This document shows positions 63,724 through 64,000 of a stretch of DNA of 64,000 bases, piece after piece. Made by a program: the position numbers and the translations under genes. The stretch's first letter is position 1, and the number at the start of each line of letters is the position of its first letter. The notes beneath the pieces are model-generated. The model was not told where the DNA came from. It saw nothing but the letters and a program-made list of their open reading frames with translations, and did not search any database. Source of the stretch: an uncultured Desulfobacter sp. (GTDB taxonomy: Bacteria > Desulfobacterota > Desulfobacteria > Desulfobacterales > Desulfobacteraceae); assembly GCA_963665095.1 (NCBI GenBank), contig OY762069.1, positions 3,168,001-3,232,000 of the forward strand, written 5' to 3'.

Positions 63724-64000
63724 ATGAAAATATCAGATTCCGTCTGCGCTCTTTTTATCTGTCTTTTATCTGTCACCTGTTTGTTCCCGGTCATATCCCA
63801 TGCCGCGAAAAATCCTGTGGCAGGAGAAATTGTTAATCAAAATAAGGTCACCAATGTCAGAAAGGCCGGCACAAACGAAAGCCTGCCTGCAGCTGCCAAT
63901 ATGTCATTATTCAGTGGAGACGCGGTCATAACAGGGCCAAAGGGCTGGGCTGCTGTCCTGTTGTCAGACGAAACCCTTGTGCAGGTCAACCGCAATACGA
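63724..64000 (+). CDS. Exported FecR-domain protein (partial, runs off window)
   Basis: Signal peptide then LFSGDAVITGPKGWAAVLLSDETLVQVNRNT. Confidence 0.75.
   Translation, partial: MKISDSVCALFICLLSVTCLFPVISHAAKNPVAGEIVNQNKVTNVRKAGTNESLPAAANMSLFSGDAVITGPKGWAAVLLSDETLVQVNRNT

Overview
Chromosomal window from a sulfate-reducing deltaproteobacterium (Desulfobacteraceae-like, inferred from gene content and protein style). 1-19.4 kb is the core translation/transcription cluster on the minus strand: five tRNAs, rpmG, secE, nusG, rplKAJL, rpoBC, rpsL-rpsG-tuf (no fusA) and the S10 operon to rplP. The beta-prime subunit carries a ~99-aa insertion that reads like a degenerate parvulin (PpiC-type) domain. 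20.6-51.8 kb is mostly housekeeping and signalling: MltD-like LysM transglycosylase, tRNA-Arg, U32 protein, a cheA-cheW-cheB-cheR-HEAT/REC cluster, pgk, radC, gyrA, thiolase, a membrane Fe-S oxidoreductase, a hybrid kinase, rarA and der. 51.8-64 kb is a plastic accessory region with gene fragments, a duplicated DUF350 3' end, several long DNA hairpins and two toxin-antitoxin pairs, one bracketed by GGGGACAG-type repeats. It also holds the strongest signal: an exported caspase-PEGA-FGE/C-type-lectin gene whose 3' end looks like a diversity-generating retroelement (DGR) variable region, followed by a 20-bp hairpin and a truncated HRDC-type accessory gene, with no template repeat or reverse transcriptase in the window. 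All family assignments are by eye from motifs; no searches were run.
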